Of a DNA stretch of 6,047 bases, positions 4,952-6,047 are shown in pieces. Both the position numbers and the translations under genes were made by a program. The stretch spans positions 2,969 to 9,015 of the forward strand of contig NZEN01000065.1 in assembly GCA_002689665.1 (NCBI GenBank), in the 5' to 3' direction. How positions within the stretch are numbered: position 1 is the first letter of the stretch; each line of letters begins with the position of its first letter. This stretch comes from Opitutia bacterium. Lineage in GTDB: Bacteria > Verrucomicrobiota > Verrucomicrobiia > Opitutales > Seribacteraceae. Below the pieces are notes generated by a model. That model saw only the letters and a list, made by a program, of their open reading frames with translations, made no database searches and was not told the DNA's origin.

Positions 4952-5923
4952 TTAATCTTCTTCTGCTACCGCATCCATTACCTCGGCCGCGGCTTTGGCC
5001 GCAAGCGGAGTCGATAGATAACGCTCACCACAACTCGCTCCAATCACTACAATTCTTTTGCCGGCCATCTCCGGTTTAGCTGCAATACGAAGAGCCGCAG
5101 TAACCGTGGCTCCAGTAGAAATACCTCCTAGGACTCCTTCTTCTAAACTTAATTGCCTCGCCATTTCAAAGGCATCCTCACTGGTTACCAATTCAACATC
5201 ATCAACAATATCCAAATTTAAGTTTTTAGGAACAAATCCCGCACCAATACCCTGAATTTTATGGGGTCCTGGTTGAACCTCTTCCCCATTTCGGGTTTGG
5301 GTGATAACTGGGCTTTCGGCCGGTTCAACAGCGATTGATTTCATATCAGGGTTTCTCTGTTTAATAACTTCCGAGACTCCCGTAATGGTCCCGCCTGTAC
5401 CTACACCCGCGACCAGACAATCAACCTGCCCTTCCATTCCAGACCAAATCTCTTCCGCTGTTGTTATACGGTGAATTTCAGGATTCGCAGGATTATTAAA
5501 TTGCTGGGGCATAAAAGCATTGTTCCCGTGTTTCTCCATCAACTGGGAGGCCTTAGAAATAGCACCTCCCATCCCTTTGGGGCCGGGAGTCAGTACAATT
5601 TCAGCACCAAGAAGACGAAGTAGCAGGCGTCTCTCCTTCGACATAGTCTCAGGCATCGTTAAAATGCATTTGTAGCCTTTGGCAGCACAAACGAAGGCCA
5701 GAGCAATCCCCGTGTTACCGGAAGTTGGCTCGATCACCACACTTTCAGGGGTAAGCGAACCGTCTTTTTCGGCAGCCTCAATCATCGCTGCCCCAATTCT
5801 GTCTTTAACACTCGCCAAAGGATTAAAGAATTCTGATTTCAAAAATATTTGTGCGTCGAGACCCTTGGTTACTTTTTGCAGCTCAACCAGGGGAGTTTTT
5901 CCTATTGATTCAATAATATTCAT
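4952..5923 (-). CDS. cysK: Cysteine synthase A / O-acetylserine sulfhydrylase (PLP-dependent), 323 aa from ATG 5921-5923
   Basis: The N-terminus is [15 protein letters not shown]. Family motifs are the PLP-lysine motif SVKDRIG, the substrate loop PTSGNTG, the PLP-phosphate loop [22 protein letters not shown] and GERYLST. A strong SD, AAGGAAGG, lies 4 nt before the internal ATG. The track's ATG at 5966-5968 would add a 15-aa extension that is not family-like. Confidence 0.95.
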   Translation of the reverse strand: MNIIESIGKTPLVELQKVTKGLDAQIFLKSEFFNPLASVKDRIGAAMIEAAEKDGSLTPESVVIEPTSGNTGIALAFVCAAKGYKCILTMPETMSKERRLLLRLLGAEIVLTPGPKGMGGAISKASQLMEKHGNNAFMPQQFNNPANPEIHRITTAEEIWSGMEGQVDCLVAGVGTGGTITGVSEVIKQRNPDMKSIAVEPAESPVITQTRNGEEVQPGPHKIQGIGAGFVPKNLNLDIVDDVELVTSEDAFEMARQLSLEEGVLGGISTGATVTAALRIAAKPEMAGKRIVVIGASCGERYLSTPLAAKAAAEVMDAVAEED

Positions 5924-5924
5924 G

Positions 5925-6047
5925 TTACCTTCCTTTACTTTTAGGACCGTAGCTTCGTATTGGAGCATTTCTGTTCACTTCAGCGTTCTTTAAACGATAA
6001 ACAATACGAGCTTTCTCCAGATCCTGAGTGCTCATTTCCATCTTTAC
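5925..6047 (-). CDS. Open frame running off the window edge: either the 3' end of an upstream gene or a 38-aa small ORF (ATG 6039-6041); product unknown
   Basis: The minus-strand frame is open from 6047 to TAA at 5925-5927. Translation is [40 protein letters not shown]. The stop sits between the cysK SD and the cysK ATG. It is too short to be in the ORF track, I recognise no family, and coding status is unproven. Confidence 0.3.
   Translation of the reverse strand, partial: VKMEMSTQDLEKARIVYRLKNAEVNRNAPIRSYGPKSKGR
5928..5935 (-). promoter_or_regulatory. Shine-Dalgarno sequence of cysK (AAGGAAGG)
   Basis: The plus strand reads ccttcctt at 5928-5935, which is AAGGAAGG on the minus strand. It is followed by TAAC and then ATG (5923-5921). 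Confidence 0.6.

Noticed and set aside
5924-5968. ATG at 5966-5968, which gives a 338-aa CysK with a 15-aa N-terminal extension.
   Set aside because: The internal ATG at 5921-5923 has a strong AAGGAAGG SD at the correct spacing. It yields the family-typical N-terminus ([15 protein letters not shown]) and a typical ~323-aa length.
391-5993. Short nested or antisense ORFs from the track: 391-591, 634-828, 959-1150, 1271-1525, 2041-2274, 3317-3595, 3937-4131, 4111-4329, 4286-4576, 5058-5255, 5679-5993.
   Set aside because: Each lies wholly or largely inside a longer ORF that has clear family motifs (GT2, mpg, dtd, cysK) or a coherent architecture. Their translations are low-complexity or hydrophobic with no recognisable motifs, which is typical of alternative-frame artefacts.
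5969-6047. Candidate sigma-70 promoter upstream of cysK (TTGTTT...TGAAGT or AGAAAT on the minus strand).
   Set aside because: The hexamers are poor matches to TTGACA/TATAAT, and the region is also an open reading frame. It is not distinguishable from chance without a transcription start site.
1-6047. Scan for CRISPR repeats, tRNA/rRNA-like structure, IS elements with inverted repeats, integrase or transposase genes, and toxin-antitoxin-sized gene pairs.
   Set aside because: No direct repeats with regular spacing were found. There is no non-coding stretch longer than about 40 nt that could hold an RNA gene. No mobility-gene motifs appear in any of the long ORFs, and there are no small paired ORFs outside the annotated genes.

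Overview
This is a bacterial chromosomal segment. It is almost entirely filled by one co-directional minus-strand gene array (about 5968 down to 215), with junctions ranging from a 20-nt overlap to about 42 nt. The 3' end of a convergent plus-strand gene sits at the left edge. Recognisable housekeeping genes on the minus strand are cysK (O-acetylserine sulfhydrylase), dtd (D-aminoacyl-tRNA deacylase), an AAG/Mpg-family 3-methyladenine DNA glycosylase, and a family-2 glycosyltransferase at the distal end. The plus-strand fragment is the C-terminus of a Gfo/Idh/MocA-type oxidoreductase. Between mpg and the glycosyltransferase lies a tightly coupled four-gene module (975-3914) that I cannot assign to any family from sequence alone. 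It encodes a lipoprotein with an acidic, proline-rich tail. It also encodes two tandem proteins of the same architecture (N-terminal TM helix, ~150-aa coiled coil, small beta-rich C-terminal domain). The fourth product has 40 D/E and no basic residue in its first 104 residues, followed by a basic C-terminal domain. No catalytic or nucleotide-binding motif is visible in the four. This module is the best candidate for an undescribed, probably envelope-associated, system. I saw no tRNA/rRNA, CRISPR array, transposase/integrase, inverted terminal repeats or convincing intrinsic terminators. Taxon cannot be assigned from the window. All family calls come from motif recognition by eye, and no searches were run.
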